Shown one piece after another: positions 35,925 through 51,610 of a stretch of 64,000 bases of DNA. A model generated the notes under the pieces. That model searched no databases, was not told the origin of the DNA, and saw only the letters and a program-made list of their open reading frames with translations. The stretch lies in contig JAWQFM010000015.1 of the NCBI GenBank assembly GCA_033442325.1, positions 1,144,060 to 1,208,059 of the forward strand, read 5' to 3'. The position numbers and the translations under genes were made by a program. Source of the stretch: Salpingoeca rosetta (lineage: Eukaryota; Protista; Choanoflagellata). Within the stretch, counting starts at the first letter, position 1. Every line of letters begins with the position of its first letter.

Positions 35925-37120
35925 GTGTGTGCATGTGTGTGCATGTGTGTGTGTCTGCCTGCCTGCCTGCTTGCTTGTATCTGTGTTTGTGTGTGCGGTT
36001 TCACGCCCACGTGGGGGAACAGCATCTTCAAATTGCATCGTACCACGCATGACGGCGAGTGAGGTGTCGAGAAGGGACGTGGAGGTGCCACTCGCGTTCA
36101 TAATCTGAACAACAAATGCATCACAACAGCAAGCACGGCAGCAGAAGAACTCAAATGAGACGCACAGAACTGCGTGATGCAACTGCTATCACGCATGCAC
36201 ACAAAATCTAAAAGCGGAGCCACGCTCGCTGAAAACACACAACCACGCACAATGCAGCCCCGCACAACACCACATGCACATCACCAAACCCCGTTACCTT
36301 TGGCGTTGCGGGAAGTCGAGAAACAGGCGGAGATTCAAACGCCATCGCGTTGCCACCGCCAACACCGCCACGCTGCTGCTGCTGCTGCTGCTGCTGCTGT
36401 GCGTGCACGTGCCTCAGGAGGATGTCCACATCTGTGCGAAGGGCGCCAATGCGGGCGTTGACGTCGGCCAGCACGCGGCCACGCAGCTGCTCCAGCGCCG
36501 TGTGCAGCGACTGCAGGTGGTGCTGCTGCCCGGAAGCCGTATCGCGCAGGGCAGCGCCCGCAGCCACCATATTGGGTGGTGGTGCCTGCGATTGCGATGG
36601 CGACGATGGTGATGGTGGTGTTTGTTCGTTGTGTGGTTGTGATTCGGACACGGCAGTCTGACGGCAGAAGAGAAGGCGGGTTGCGAGGCATGCGATGATG
36701 GAGTGCAATGATGCGTTGATAATTGGTGGTGAGAACAGCGCGGCAAGAATTATCGCACTTTGCAGAACAGGCAAAACCTTTCATCTCACTCACACACACA
36801 CGCACTCACTCACACACTCACACACGCACTCACTCACACACTCACACACGCACTCACTCACACACTCACACACACACGCACTCACCCACACACTCACACA
36901 CTCACACACACACGCACGCTCACTCACACACACACACCCGCACACACACACACACCCGCACACACACACACACCCGCACACACACACACACAACATTGCC
37001 AGGGGCGACACCTTGATTCGGTCGAGTGCCGTGGACCAGAGGCGGATGAGAGCGCTCAACTTGATCTGCCCGCTTGCATTGACATCCAGCCCGCGCCCGC
37101 CTGCAAGTGTTGTGTGTGTG

Positions 37121-37183
<63 letters not shown>

Positions 37184-37906
37184 CACACAAGCGGTGGGTA
37201 GTCAAGCATGTAACAGAACGAATGCAACTTTGTCGTCGCCGTTAAAATGAATGACAGCACTACAGCAAAGCAACAACATGAGAAACACAACAAGCAACAT
37301 CATCAACATGCAAACATCATTGTCATGTTTGTGTTTGCGTGTATGTGGGGCGCAATATGATTGCGCTAACCCTGGGCGACGAGGTCTTGTGGAATGTGAA
37401 GCGCTGTGGTGCTCAGGTCCAAACACGATTGCTGGGGGGAGGCATGTGACAGCACACACGTACACACGTACACGTACACACGTACACACGTACACGCGTA
37501 CACACGCACACACGCACACGCGTACACACGCACACATGTATACGCGCATGCACACACACACAAACAACGAGAGAAAGGCAACGGAGTGAGAACGCCCTTA
37601 ACCCATTGCAAAGGTGACAAGGGACGTACAATGACGCACGCGTGCAACGACACACATACACATACACACGCCAATGGATCTGTATTTTGGCACATGCACA
37701 CACGCGTTCAAATGTGCGTACCTCCCGCTGTTCATGTGCGCGTGCTGCAAAGGCGGTTGCGGACTGAAACGCCATCACAAGATCGGAAGAATCGTCCACA
37801 CGCGCCCACCGCTGCATGACGTCATCCACAGCAGACACGCGGGCATCTGCTTCCGCCTGCCCGCATCATTGCGTGCGTGCGTGACATGTGTAAGTGCGTA
37901 TGTATA

Positions 37907-37970
<64 letters not shown>

Positions 37971-38029
37971 CGAAGGAAGAGACCGATGCTAGTACAAATG
38001 AGCAACACATCATTGAGGAACTGCACGCA

Positions 38030-38087
<58 letters not shown>

Positions 38088-38345
38088 TGCTCGGTCCATA
38101 GACTCACAGACGCAATAAAAGACAATCACGGGTACAGATTGACCTTTTCTTCTCTTCGCGTCAGGAAGCGCAACGAGTTTACGTTACTGTCATTCTGGAA
38201 CTGATGAGGGAACCCACCCGACGTATTCAAGAATTATCCCATTATTGTCATAAGTGGGTTTGATTCGCAGGTTTGTCCTATAACAATGGAGTTGCCATTA
38301 GGCTCAACCGTGATCCCGTGATGCCCCTCATGAATAGCCTCTAGC

Positions 38346-38398
<53 letters not shown>

Positions 38399-40249
38399 GC
38401 ACGCACACATACACACCTGCGCATCGTATTTTCCGTCAATGCCGAGGGCGTTCAGGTCCCGCGTCAATTTGACCCGCTGGCGGTGCAGCGCCCTGCTCGC
38501 GATGGAGTGATGAGACAACGAAGAGGACGCCAAATCAACGTGAGCAGCGATGTGTGTGTGTGTGTGTGCGTGCGTGTGTGGTGTGAGTGTGAGTGTGTGT
38601 GTGTGGTGTGTGTGTGTGTGTGTGAGTGTGCTTTTGAAGTTGTTCTTGTGGTCCAAGCAATATGTCCTCGCGAGCATGCAGCAAGCGACCACAAGGACCA
38701 GTAACGGCAACAACGACGACGACGACAACAACAACAACAACAACAGCAGCAGCAGCAGCAATAACTACCATGTGTGCACTCCACCTATATCTGCGGGTGA
38801 TGGCGGCGGCGGCGCTGCGCCAGTTCTGCTGAACAGCGACAGCATCTTGACACTTGCGCACAAATCTGCCGCACACGCACACGCATGTGAATGTAGAGAA
38901 GTAATTCGTTCTTGAACACGCACACGCACGCACCCACACACGCACACACACACACGCATACACGCACACGCACATGCGCACACGTGCACGCACACACCTG
39001 CGCGCGAGCATGGCTGTCTTCGCCTGCATGATAGAGGTGGCCATCTGAGGCAACAGAGAATTCCAATGTGTGCGCAGTGAGCGACGCAAGAATGACCAAA
39101 CTGTGCCTTCTCGCATGAACAATTGTGACCACAGAAGAAGCGCGTAGAGACGCGAGTGACCGCACAGGAGGACACAGAATCGCAGACACATGCATACACA
39201 CACACACATTCACATATACACACGCACACGCACACACACACAAACACACACACACATTCGCATTCACATGTACATACACACGCACACACGCATGAAGATG
39301 TAGAGACATACGTTGGTTTGGCTTGGAGGGACGTCATTGGACCACTCCCAGGCATGGTAGCGCGTGTTGAGGGAGAGAAGACGCTTGTGCAGCACCAGCG
39401 ACGACAGGTGAAGCAGAAACTCCTCAGCCTTGTGTCCTGTTGTGCGCAAGGTGCAGTGGAGCGAGTCGCGGGGGAGGGGGCAAGTGGAGTGCTGACGTGA
39501 GAAAAGGACACGCGGCGAACACACGCGCAACACACAGCCACTTGTAGGAAAACAACAACAACAACAACAACAACAACAGCAACAGCCAACTTTGCTACTC
39601 ATATTCGGGTTTGTGATCACACCTGCAGGGGACAGCATGGCTATGGCAGCTGTTCGCTGGATCTGGGAGTTGGACGCCTCCTACAGCACAGCACACGATA
39701 AAACATAAGGGATGAGTGACACGCGTTTACGAGGTGTGAATGCACGTGCACTTGTTCATGCTCGTAGCCACTCGCACGCACGCATTCACATTCAAACACA
39801 CAGGAACGAACACATTTAAGCATTCGCACGAAGCATTCGTACACACGCACACACACACACATACACACTGCAGTTGCACACCTCTCCAAGTTCTTTGATC
39901 CATGTGGCGGCCTCTTTCCGAAATGTTGATTCTTGCTTGCGGTCAAGCGGTGGCCAACAGTATCTGCGGTTTCAAATGCATGCAAGCAGCCGTCAGCAAA
40001 CGATGTGCGCGAGAACAAAGCGCAGCCGCCAGCAGTGCTCAGTTTGCAGGACACTCACTTGAAGCGTTTCTTCGCCTGTTTCGCGTCATAGGCAGTCAGC
40101 AGGAAGTGCACAAGCGCATCCATCGCCGCATGGTTGGTTGACTGGAACATTCGTCTGGAGAGTAGTTCATGTTTGTGTTTGTGTGTGTGCGTGTGTGTGT
40201 GTGTGTTTGTTTGTTTGCGTGTGTGTGTGTTTGTGTTTGCGTGTGTGTG

Positions 40250-40289
<40 letters not shown>

Positions 40290-40726
40290 TTGGTTGGGGA
40301 GCAGCTGTTGGAAGGAGGGCAATGGCACAATGGGCGCACGAATAGCGGACCGCTGCACAGTGATAAACACACACACACACTCAGGACAAACTCTCGTCTG
40401 CTTGATTCACGTACGGGCTGAGCTCGATGGGCTTGCCCTTGTGGGAGCTGACGGCCCCAAACCCCAGCAGCTGCACATTCGTCACAATCAACGCCTGCCG
40501 TTGTTGTGTGGCAAGTGCAGTGAGTGGACGAACATGCTGCGACAAACAAACACAAAATGCAGACACAAAATGCAAACACACGACCACCACACGCCACACG
40601 CCACACCACACCACCACCAGCACATACAGTATGCCCATCATCGAGTCGTTTGTCGCATGCCAAACGCATCCTCACCCCAGCCGACGGCGGTGCGTGCTGC
40701 TGCTGCTGCCGCTGTGCAGTGGTCAT
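32906..40726 (-). CDS. HAUS6: HAUS augmin-like complex subunit 6 homolog, multi-exon, long low-complexity C-terminus
   Basis: Spliced N-terminal exons give NVQLLGF..RMFQSTNHAAMDALVHFLL..KKRFK..WPPLDRKQESTFRKEAATWIKEL..MLSPAG|HKAEEFLLHLSSLVL. This parallels HAUS6_N (LQALGF..MFDKLN..WPPFDQKSDTEFRKHCCEWIK..LSPGGPKFIHLMYHF). The start codon and C-terminal exons (polyQ, coiled coil, stop at 32906) are tentative. Confidence 0.72.
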
Positions 40727-40823
40727 GGTGGTCGCCAGTTGAAGCAGTTCGCCGTTGCTGTTTGTCGACACCACAAAATGCAGTTACACAAACCAAAACA
40801 AACTGCGCTTCTTCCAACCAACC

Positions 40824-43053
<2,230 letters not shown>

Positions 43054-43270
43054 AGGACGGCGGGTAGCGGCGCCTTTATGTGTGTGCGTGTGTGCGTGCG
43101 TGTGTGCGTGCGTGTGTCTGTGTCTGTCTCTGTTTCCGCCTCTGGTTCTGCCTGTGTCGGCCTTTTTCTCTGAGCACTGTCCGTCTGCTGCGAGGCAACC
43201 TTTGTGGAGCTGTTCATTGAAAGGTGACGGAGAATGGAACAGACATGAAAAGCAATACCAAGCACATGTG

Positions 43271-43396
<126 letters not shown>

Positions 43397-43411
43397 GCAG
43401 AATCACCCGTG

Positions 43412-43993
43412 TCAGGTGCTGAGCGCGTAGCTGAGGGAGAGGGTGGTGGTGGGAACGCCGCCATCAACACCAAGGTCATCCAGGGTGCGGCACTGGAGCG
43501 TAGAGCCAAAGTCAACCTGCACGAAGCCAGCGCACGCTGGATCAGCAACGCAGGCGCGTGCGCAGTCCTCTGCCGTCGCGTCATTAAACTTGGACAGCAC
43601 GTGCGCGGCGTCAAACGCTGTGGAGAAACGGCGGGACGTGGCCTCGTTTGCACCGGTGCCAATGTAGTGCAGGTCGAACCGTGACGTGGCGGCCTTGGAC
43701 AAGCTGAAGGAGGTGGTGCTCGTGGGGATGAGGGTGCCGGTGTCCGACAGCAAGCGGCACTCCAGCCCGAGAAGATCACTTGAATGCTCCCACGCAAACA
43801 CGCCCGCACAATCTGGGTCTGCATCGCACGCCTTGGTGCACGCTTCAAAGGAAGCCACGCCGGTCAACTTGGCCAAGATCTTTGTAGCGTCAAATGCGGT
43901 TGAGAACCGCAGATGCTCGTTCTCGGCGTTTGACCCGCTGGCTGTCACGGAGTATCCAATCAAACTCGGTGCTGCGCTCCAGTCAACAGCTGT

Positions 43994-44026
<33 letters not shown>

Positions 44027-44043
44027 GGTTGTTGTGGTAGTGG

Positions 44044-44134
<91 letters not shown>

Positions 44135-44155
44135 CGTCGTCGTCGTCGTTGTAGC

Positions 44156-44248
<93 letters not shown>

Positions 44249-44830
44249 CGTCGTTGTAGCTGGTGCTTCGCAGATACCTTGGCTGCAGACACCATCGTTG
44301 TCGCCGTTGGCGCATGTCGTGCCGTCCACCAGGGGTCGGCTGTTCGAGTTGACGATGCACGTGGAGAAGAAGCAGCGCCCAACGGCGCACCCGGAGACAC
44401 AGGCCTTGTTCAGGTCATTGAAGGAGTTGCACCGCAAGGACACCTGGTTCTGTGGAATCTTGACTGCGCTCGTGGACACGAGGCCCGTCGCGGCAGGGCT
44501 GCCGGTCTTGCTGAGCAGGTGGCAGCGCGTGGAGCCCGACGTGAGCCTGTAGTGGAACATGGCCTTGCACTCGCCCATGGCCAAACACGCCTCCTGACAC
44601 GCGCGCGCTTCAATGTCGAGGATCTTCTGCAGCAGGCTGGCCTCATCAAACGCGTTGCTGTACCGCGCAGGCTGCTCAGACGGAAGGCCAACATGCTCCA
44701 CAGCCATCAGCGTTTGCGCCTGTGCCTGCACACCCATTGGTGCCACCGCCACCGCCATAAGCAGCAGCAGTAGCGACGGCGCCATGGCGGCGACCCTCAT
44801 CATGCTCCGTGCACGCAAGCCCGCCATCAT
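43412..44830 (-). CDS. Secreted PAN/Apple-domain protein (3 PAN-like domains, Cys module, poly-Thr linker), single exon
   Basis: Signal peptide (PSLLLLLMAVAVAPMGVQAQ). Three units of R(Y/F)S.AFD..C-x3-C-x5-C..C(H/R)xL. Cys module DGTTC..GVCSQGICE. About 90 Thr in the linker. No TM segment. Confidence 0.85.
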
Positions 44831-45295
44831 CGTCGTAGGGTGCGGCTTCTTTGCTTTTCATACGCGAAATAGTTTGCTGACTCAGCACTTTTTCTTTGTT
44901 GAAGCAAGCAAGCGTCAAGGAAGACATGGCAACAAGAAGCAAGAAGCAAGCAAGCAAGCAAGCAGGCAAGGTCAGCAGTGCACACACAAATAAAGCGCAC
45001 AAGGACGACAGGGAATAACGCAAATGAAGGCAGACACGCAATCACTGCCAACCCATGTCATGCATGGGAAGCGAACATGCCAAAACAAATAAAGCCTTTC
45101 CAAAGTGATAGAAAGAAAACACGCGAGAAGCAATCAGGAAATGAAAGGAGTGATGACCAACAACCAAATCACATCACAGCACATCGCATAACGCCATCTG
45201 TATCATGTCTCCAGCTCTCTGAAACAGGCGAGCACGGCATCCCGCCCTGCGTCTTCCTCTCCCTTGCATACAGCTTGCACCATCGCGCTCAGGAG

Positions 45296-45468
45296 CTACA
45301 GAACCGCGGCAGCAAAGAGGGCGACGGCGCCTAGAGCGAGCGTCATCGCAGATGCAATTGGGGCGTGCAGAAATGCAGACGAACAATACTGCGGGTCGTT
45401 GCAGCTCCGGTCAGTCATGGCCGCAACAAAGTCAGACAGCAACAGCACGTTCTCCCTGTGGATTGTGG

Positions 45469-45516
<48 letters not shown>

Positions 45517-46046
45517 CGGGGAGTGAAGGAAAGGCACGAAAGACGCTCGTTGCTGGGTGCGAAGTCAACAGCAAGGCGGCACAATACTGGAGTGCATGGA
45601 AGGAAACAGAGAGCCGAGGCTTCACTGCCCCAGCAAGAGCCCACAAGCACAACTGCACACGCACAGACACACAAGCACACAGACACATACAGACAGACAC
45701 AGACACAGACACGGACACGGACACAGAGACAGACACAGACACAGACAGACAGACACACCCACGCACACACACTCACGTGTCGTTGAGGTCGGTGACGCCG
45801 ACGTATTCGAAGAAGCGGGAGGAGCGAACAAAGGTGTGCACGTTGCAGTCAACAACAAAGGGAACAAAGTTTGGGAGGTGCGTCAGGTTGGTCAACAGCG
45901 GCGTCAGCTCCTGTCAAAGCAATACCAACACACAGGGGAAGGCACAATGAAGGTGATGTGGCCATGGCGGGAGAACTTTGTGGATTGGAGGCAAGACAAT
46001 CTGTTGTTCAAAGTGGAGCCGAAGTTGAACACATACATACACACAG

Positions 46047-46086
<40 letters not shown>

Positions 46087-46952
46087 ATACAGATGAAGAC
46101 GGTCCGCACCTGTGCCCAGAGCGTTGAGTAGCAGCCTGTGGAGCAGTCTGCGTGACACTGGCCCGTGAACGAGTCCTGCACTTCATCGATGCACACATCA
46201 GCACTGACGGCACACGCACCCTGTAGGCAGCAGTGGCACCCGTAGTCCTGGTATCTGCACGCACACACAAGAGCGCCACCATTTACGTGTGCACACGTGT
46301 GGTCGGTGGTGTTGTCGGTGGGATTAAACATTGCTGTTACACTGAGATGTTGCACGGGAGGATGCGTGCGGCACAGAGCTGGAAACACGAACGGCCCGGC
46401 ATGTCTGATGCGCACGCAATGGGTTGCGGTAAAAGCGTGGAGTGGTGGTGCCTGCAAGCAAGAATCAGCAAACAGCAACATGGATGTTTCGTACGTACGT
46501 GTATTGCATGAAGAGCCGCTGTGTTTCGTCGTTGTTGCAGGTGATGTGGGTGGCGCGGGCGTCCGGAAAGCGCGAAGCAAACGCAATCATCGACTCCCGC
46601 GCAACGCTGATGGTGGTAGCAAGAACGGGCCACACAAACAGCAACACAAAAGAAGGAGGGTGAGGGAGGATTGTACTTCAAGTTAGAGGTGAGCATGGCA
46701 AGGGGGAACAACTTGCGCACGACTGCACACAAGTCGCAGTGATGGTGGGACAACGTCGGAGAACCGTGGGTGGGGGACTCCAACACGACGCACGATGTGG
46801 TGCAAAGCGGTGGTGACAGGTGACGTACGTTGCACCGCGTTGCAGGTTCGTCATTGTGGGCGAGTACGCAATCTCGCTGTCGTGGAAGCCCGTGTCCTCG
46901 CCAAACACGCCGTACTGAAATACCTGTGTGCGAAACGGCGACATGTCAAGTG

Positions 46953-46991
<39 letters not shown>

Positions 46992-47408
46992 GTGCGTGTG
47001 CGTGTGTGTGCGTGTGTGCGTGTGCGTGTGTGTGAAGGGGGGTGTTAATGTGAGAGAAGGACGAGCAGTGAGGGGACGACATGGGGTGGTGGGAAACGAA
47101 GCAAAACACACACACACACACACAAAGAGACACACACACAGAGACACACACAGAGAGAGACACACACACAAACACACGCAGGAACAGTGTCACAGGAGTG
47201 TTGCCGCACGTGCTGCAGGATGCCGCGTTCGATGGCCCACGTGGGGCTGACGGCGGCGAGGCCAACGCCGGAGTCGGCGACGAGTGCGATGTTAACATCG
47301 AGGCCACGGTCCTCAATGGCCGCTGCCAGGACGCTGCAGTGCGCAATCGCGCCATACGCACCGGCGCTGTCTCCAAAGCACACCAGGTCTGCACGCGAGC
47401 AGTACAGG

Positions 47409-47492
<84 letters not shown>

Positions 47493-49573
47493 GTGTGTGA
47501 AGTGTGTACGTGACAACAGAAAGTGAGTGACCAGTTCGTGCACATAGAAGACACACACGCACACTACACTCCATAACACGCCGCTCTCCCCCACATACAA
47601 TCACATCCACTGCGGCGCACCCTTGAGGATGCCGGTGTCGACAAACTCGCGGATGATCCAGTCGACCGCCGTGCGAGCATTGGCGCTCCCCTGGTGGTTG
47701 TCGCACAGGAAGTGTGTGTGCATGCGTACGTGTGTGTGTATGTGTGTGCGTGTGTGTGCATGTTTATGTGAGGGGAACGCGAGACACAAGGCGACAGCGT
47801 GTTGTTCACCAGCGTGCTGTTCATGTGGTCGTGTCATTCGCACCAGCACAGAGGGAGAACGAGCCAACACCGTGGACACGAAGATAAGGAGCAAGCAAGC
47901 AGCCAACAGCAGCAGCGAGCACAACCCTGCGTCCAGCTTCCATGTCACAGAGAGTAACTGGCAGGCGTACCTTGTGGTGGATGGTGCAGTTTGAGGAGGT
48001 GCAGTTGGTGTACTCGTGCGTGGCGTTGCCCAGATGCACGTCACCAGTGCAGTACGGCACAAACACGTGGCTCCTGTGCAAGGCAAGGCCATGTTTGGTG
48101 CACACGTGCACGTGAGGACGATGGGAAGAAAGAGATGCAGAGATGTGCACGAGCACGAGAGCAACAATAACAATACACCGTGACTGCGATTCTCCACTGC
48201 TTCTGTCCGTACATCCGTTCCCTTGCCCATCCTTCCACCCTCCATGCATCCCATCCATCGCTTCACCACTTCCACCCTCCATCCATCCCATCCCTTCCCA
48301 TCCTGTCCCATCCCATCCATTCACACCACTCCCAACTCATGCGACTACTTCCCCAGCAACGCACCACTTCCTAAACGGGTTTTCCTTGTTTGAGCGGTCG
48401 AGGAAGCCGCCAAACTCGTCCGGGTACACCTGCGCCAGGTTGAACCCGCACTCAATCGCCGCCATCGTCGCGGGATCAGGATTCAACTGCACCCCGCGCA
48501 ACAGCAGGAATGAAGGTGACATTGGGGGAGGATGGGTTTGGTGAGAGGATATACATGCGTGTGTACGTGTGTGCAATTCTGTGCCTATGAAAGAGTGGGT
48601 AGGAATCTGGCACCCATTTGTTCAAAGAACGCGCGTCCTTACCGTGCGGAAGTAGCTTGAGCGGCAGCTGTCTGAAAGCGGTGGATCGCACAGCGCAGGC
48701 TCAAAGCATGTTTCTGCGCTCCAGCACGCGCCTCCGCCGCTGAAGTCTGCACACGAAGGTGAGTGTGAGCGATTGAGTGAGTGAGTGAGTGTGTGTGTGT
48801 GTGTGTGTTGTGAGTGTGTGTGTGTGAGTGTGAGTGAGCGAGTGAGAGAGAGAGAGAGTGAGTGTGTGTGTGAGAGTGTGTGTGTTTGAGTGTGTGGGTG
48901 GGTGGGCGAGGTTTGCTGCCAACGGTGACACGGATTTGCGTCAAATGTGGTATACCGCTGAGCATGATCATATGCAGTGCTACTGATGCGTGAGCATGGC
49001 GTGAGTGAACTGAAACGCACCGAGGATGAGTTTGGACGTGTCCATCTTGGTGGCAAGGAATGCCCATGGGGATCCGTCCGAGCACGTGGTGCCTTCTGGA
49101 CGAAGCACGTACTCTTTTTCTTCCAGGTCATCGAGGGAAGGCAGGTCATCTGGGTGCTGTGGTGTCGAGACACGCTCCAGCGTAGCATCAATGCACTGCC
49201 AAATGTGTGTTTATATTTGCGTGTGTGCGCGTGTGTGTGTGTGTGTGTGTTCATGTGCGTGTAAGTCAAAACAAAGACAGTCAGTCGCCCGTATTTCAAG
49301 CACGCAGGTAGGACGACTGGTTCCCTGTTCTTGCTTTCACTGCACCCACGCAGCAAAAGACCTCGTCCACCAACACACACATATCACAACATGTCAACTC
49401 ATCCCAACCTGGCAGAACTCCGAGTTCACGCTGCCACAGAGAGCAAACGTGTTGGTGAAGGCTGCATCTTGTGCAGTCACGCGTCCAATTGCCACTGCCA
49501 CCACCACCACCACCACCACCACCATGGCCAACGCCCCCCGACGACGCGTGCTCGTCATCAGCATCATCGTCAT
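45296..49573 (-). CDS. Pectinacetylesterase/Notum-family alpha/beta hydrolase, signal peptide plus probable GPI signal, multi-exon
   Basis: Exon 1 (49573-49409) [30 protein letters not shown]. Motifs TCSDGSPWAF, FSGGGACWSAETC, GFLDRSNKENPF, HVFVPYCTGDVHLGN, HHK|GSANARTAVDWI, nucleophile GDSAGAYGA, LVADSGVG. Hydrophobic C-terminus ASAMTLALGAVALFAAAVL*. Confidence 0.87.
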
Positions 49574-50030
49574 CAGGATGGTCAGTCAATATCGATCGAG
49601 CAAACACAAACACAGCCCCCAAACCACGAGCAGCAGCGCCACAGCAAGCAAACCAAAACGCCAGGAAGGACGGCAGTCGCAGAGAACAAATGGAAGATGT
49701 TCGTGAAACATCGAGCCAAGCCAAACACTACCAAAGGGTGTGTAGCTACTGTTTGTGCTGTCGTACAATTTTGGCGGGCGAGCTGCTGTCTGCTGCTGTT
49801 GTGAACGGTTGGTGCTTGACTGTGAGAGTGGTTGTCTGGCTGGCTGGCTGGGTCATCCATCATCAGAGGCTGCAGTGACACGGGGAGCGACACAAGCAGT
49901 GACAAGGCAGCAAGCGAGGAAAAGGAAACGTGCACGTGTGCCAGCCAGCCACTTTGTATTGATTTCGGGGGGCTGGCTGTTGTTGTCATTTCTGCTGTTT
50001 TGTGCAGAGAGCAGCTGCGAATCACCGACG

Positions 50031-50127
50031 ATGACATCGAGAAAGCAGCATGGTGGGCCAGACGCCGCCATGTACGAGTCCAAGGAAAACCTCAAGGCCC
50101 TCTCCAACATCCTCCCCGCCATCAACG

Positions 50128-50158
<31 letters not shown>

Positions 50159-50597
50159 ATGTATGTTGGTGTGCAGGCGTGCTGTATGTGAGTACACCTC
50201 CCAAAGCAAATCAACACTCAACATTGCACAAATGTGTTGTGTGTACACATGTGTGTGTGTGTTTGTGTGTGTGTGTGTATATATATGCTTGAATGTGGTT
50301 GGCCAATATTGTGTGCAGGACAAGTACAAGGATTACGTGCAGCAGGAGAACATCACCGCAGCTGGCGTGGCGTCCCTGCTTGTGCACATGTGGTCTTTCA
50401 TGGAGGTGAGGACATGCCCCGCCAGTGAGCTGCGATTGGTGTCGTCTGCTTTCCCAAGAATCTTTTCCTCGTTTGGCGCCCATTTCACCTTGCATGCACC
50501 GTTATTGCTGCTGCCCGTGCCATTGGAACTCTTGACCTACAGAAACACTTGGGCAAGCAGTCTGACAACCAAGCCATGACCCGGTTTCCCGTACGTG

Positions 50598-50639
<42 letters not shown>

Positions 50640-51579
50640 GGGTCTCTCTGAGTGTCGGCATTGTGCTTGTGCTTGTGTATGTGTGTGTGCTCTTGTGTGC
50701 GTGTGTGTTCTTGTGTGTGCCTTGTTTGGTGTGTATGTGGGAGGGTGTTGGGTCTTCTCTGAGTGACGTGACCACTTGATTGCCTGTGTACGCGTGTTTC
50801 CAGTTTGCAGTTTCATGCCTTCATCCACAATTCCTCTCACGCCTGCACGGTGGCTCTTGGTGGGTTGTGCATCTTGCTTGTTTCGATGCGCAGGCGCGCT
50901 TCTTCTTCGACTACTCAAAGAAAGGGCCGCTCGTGGATATTGTGGGCACGGCATACAAAGTCAAGGCAGACACGCAGATGTAAGAAGAATCTGCCTGGCC
51001 TCTGCAACGGTTGCCTTTACCAGCCCTGTTGCGGCTGAAACAGAGACAGCTTCACTCTCACTTGCACTTGTGAAAGCCAAACATACTCACGACACACATA
51101 TGCACACAAACGCACCCTCACACAACTCTCACTCACCCTCACACTGATGCAAACCCGCACTCACACACACACGCACACACACACACACACATTTTGCAGG
51201 CGGCGGTTTGACTTTGCGACGCCGTCCAAGCTGAACCGCAACATGAACATTCTGCTTGAAGTGCAGCGCGTGCTCAAGGAAAAGCACCACTTGCGGCCCA
51301 TGCGCGTGTATTTCGCGCCAAAGGTCTCCGCCAAGGACAAAGAGAGGCTGAGCACCGTGGCCAAGGTACGAATGATGCTGGGTGATGATGATTTCAGTGA
51401 GGTTGTGGGGAGGAGCAGCACCTTTTGTGTTGAATGTTTGCAGTCGCATTGGCTGTATGCCGTTATGCCTTGCATGTGCATGCAGGTTTTGTTAATCATT
51501 CGTGATGTCCAGTCCCGCGTCTGCCCCGACAATGTTCACACACACACACACATACACACACACCCACACAAACACACAC

Positions 51580-51610
<31 letters not shown>

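Noticed and set aside
45296-49573. Assigning the symbol NOTUM
   Set aside because: Family-level match only; diagnostic motifs differ from animal Notum.
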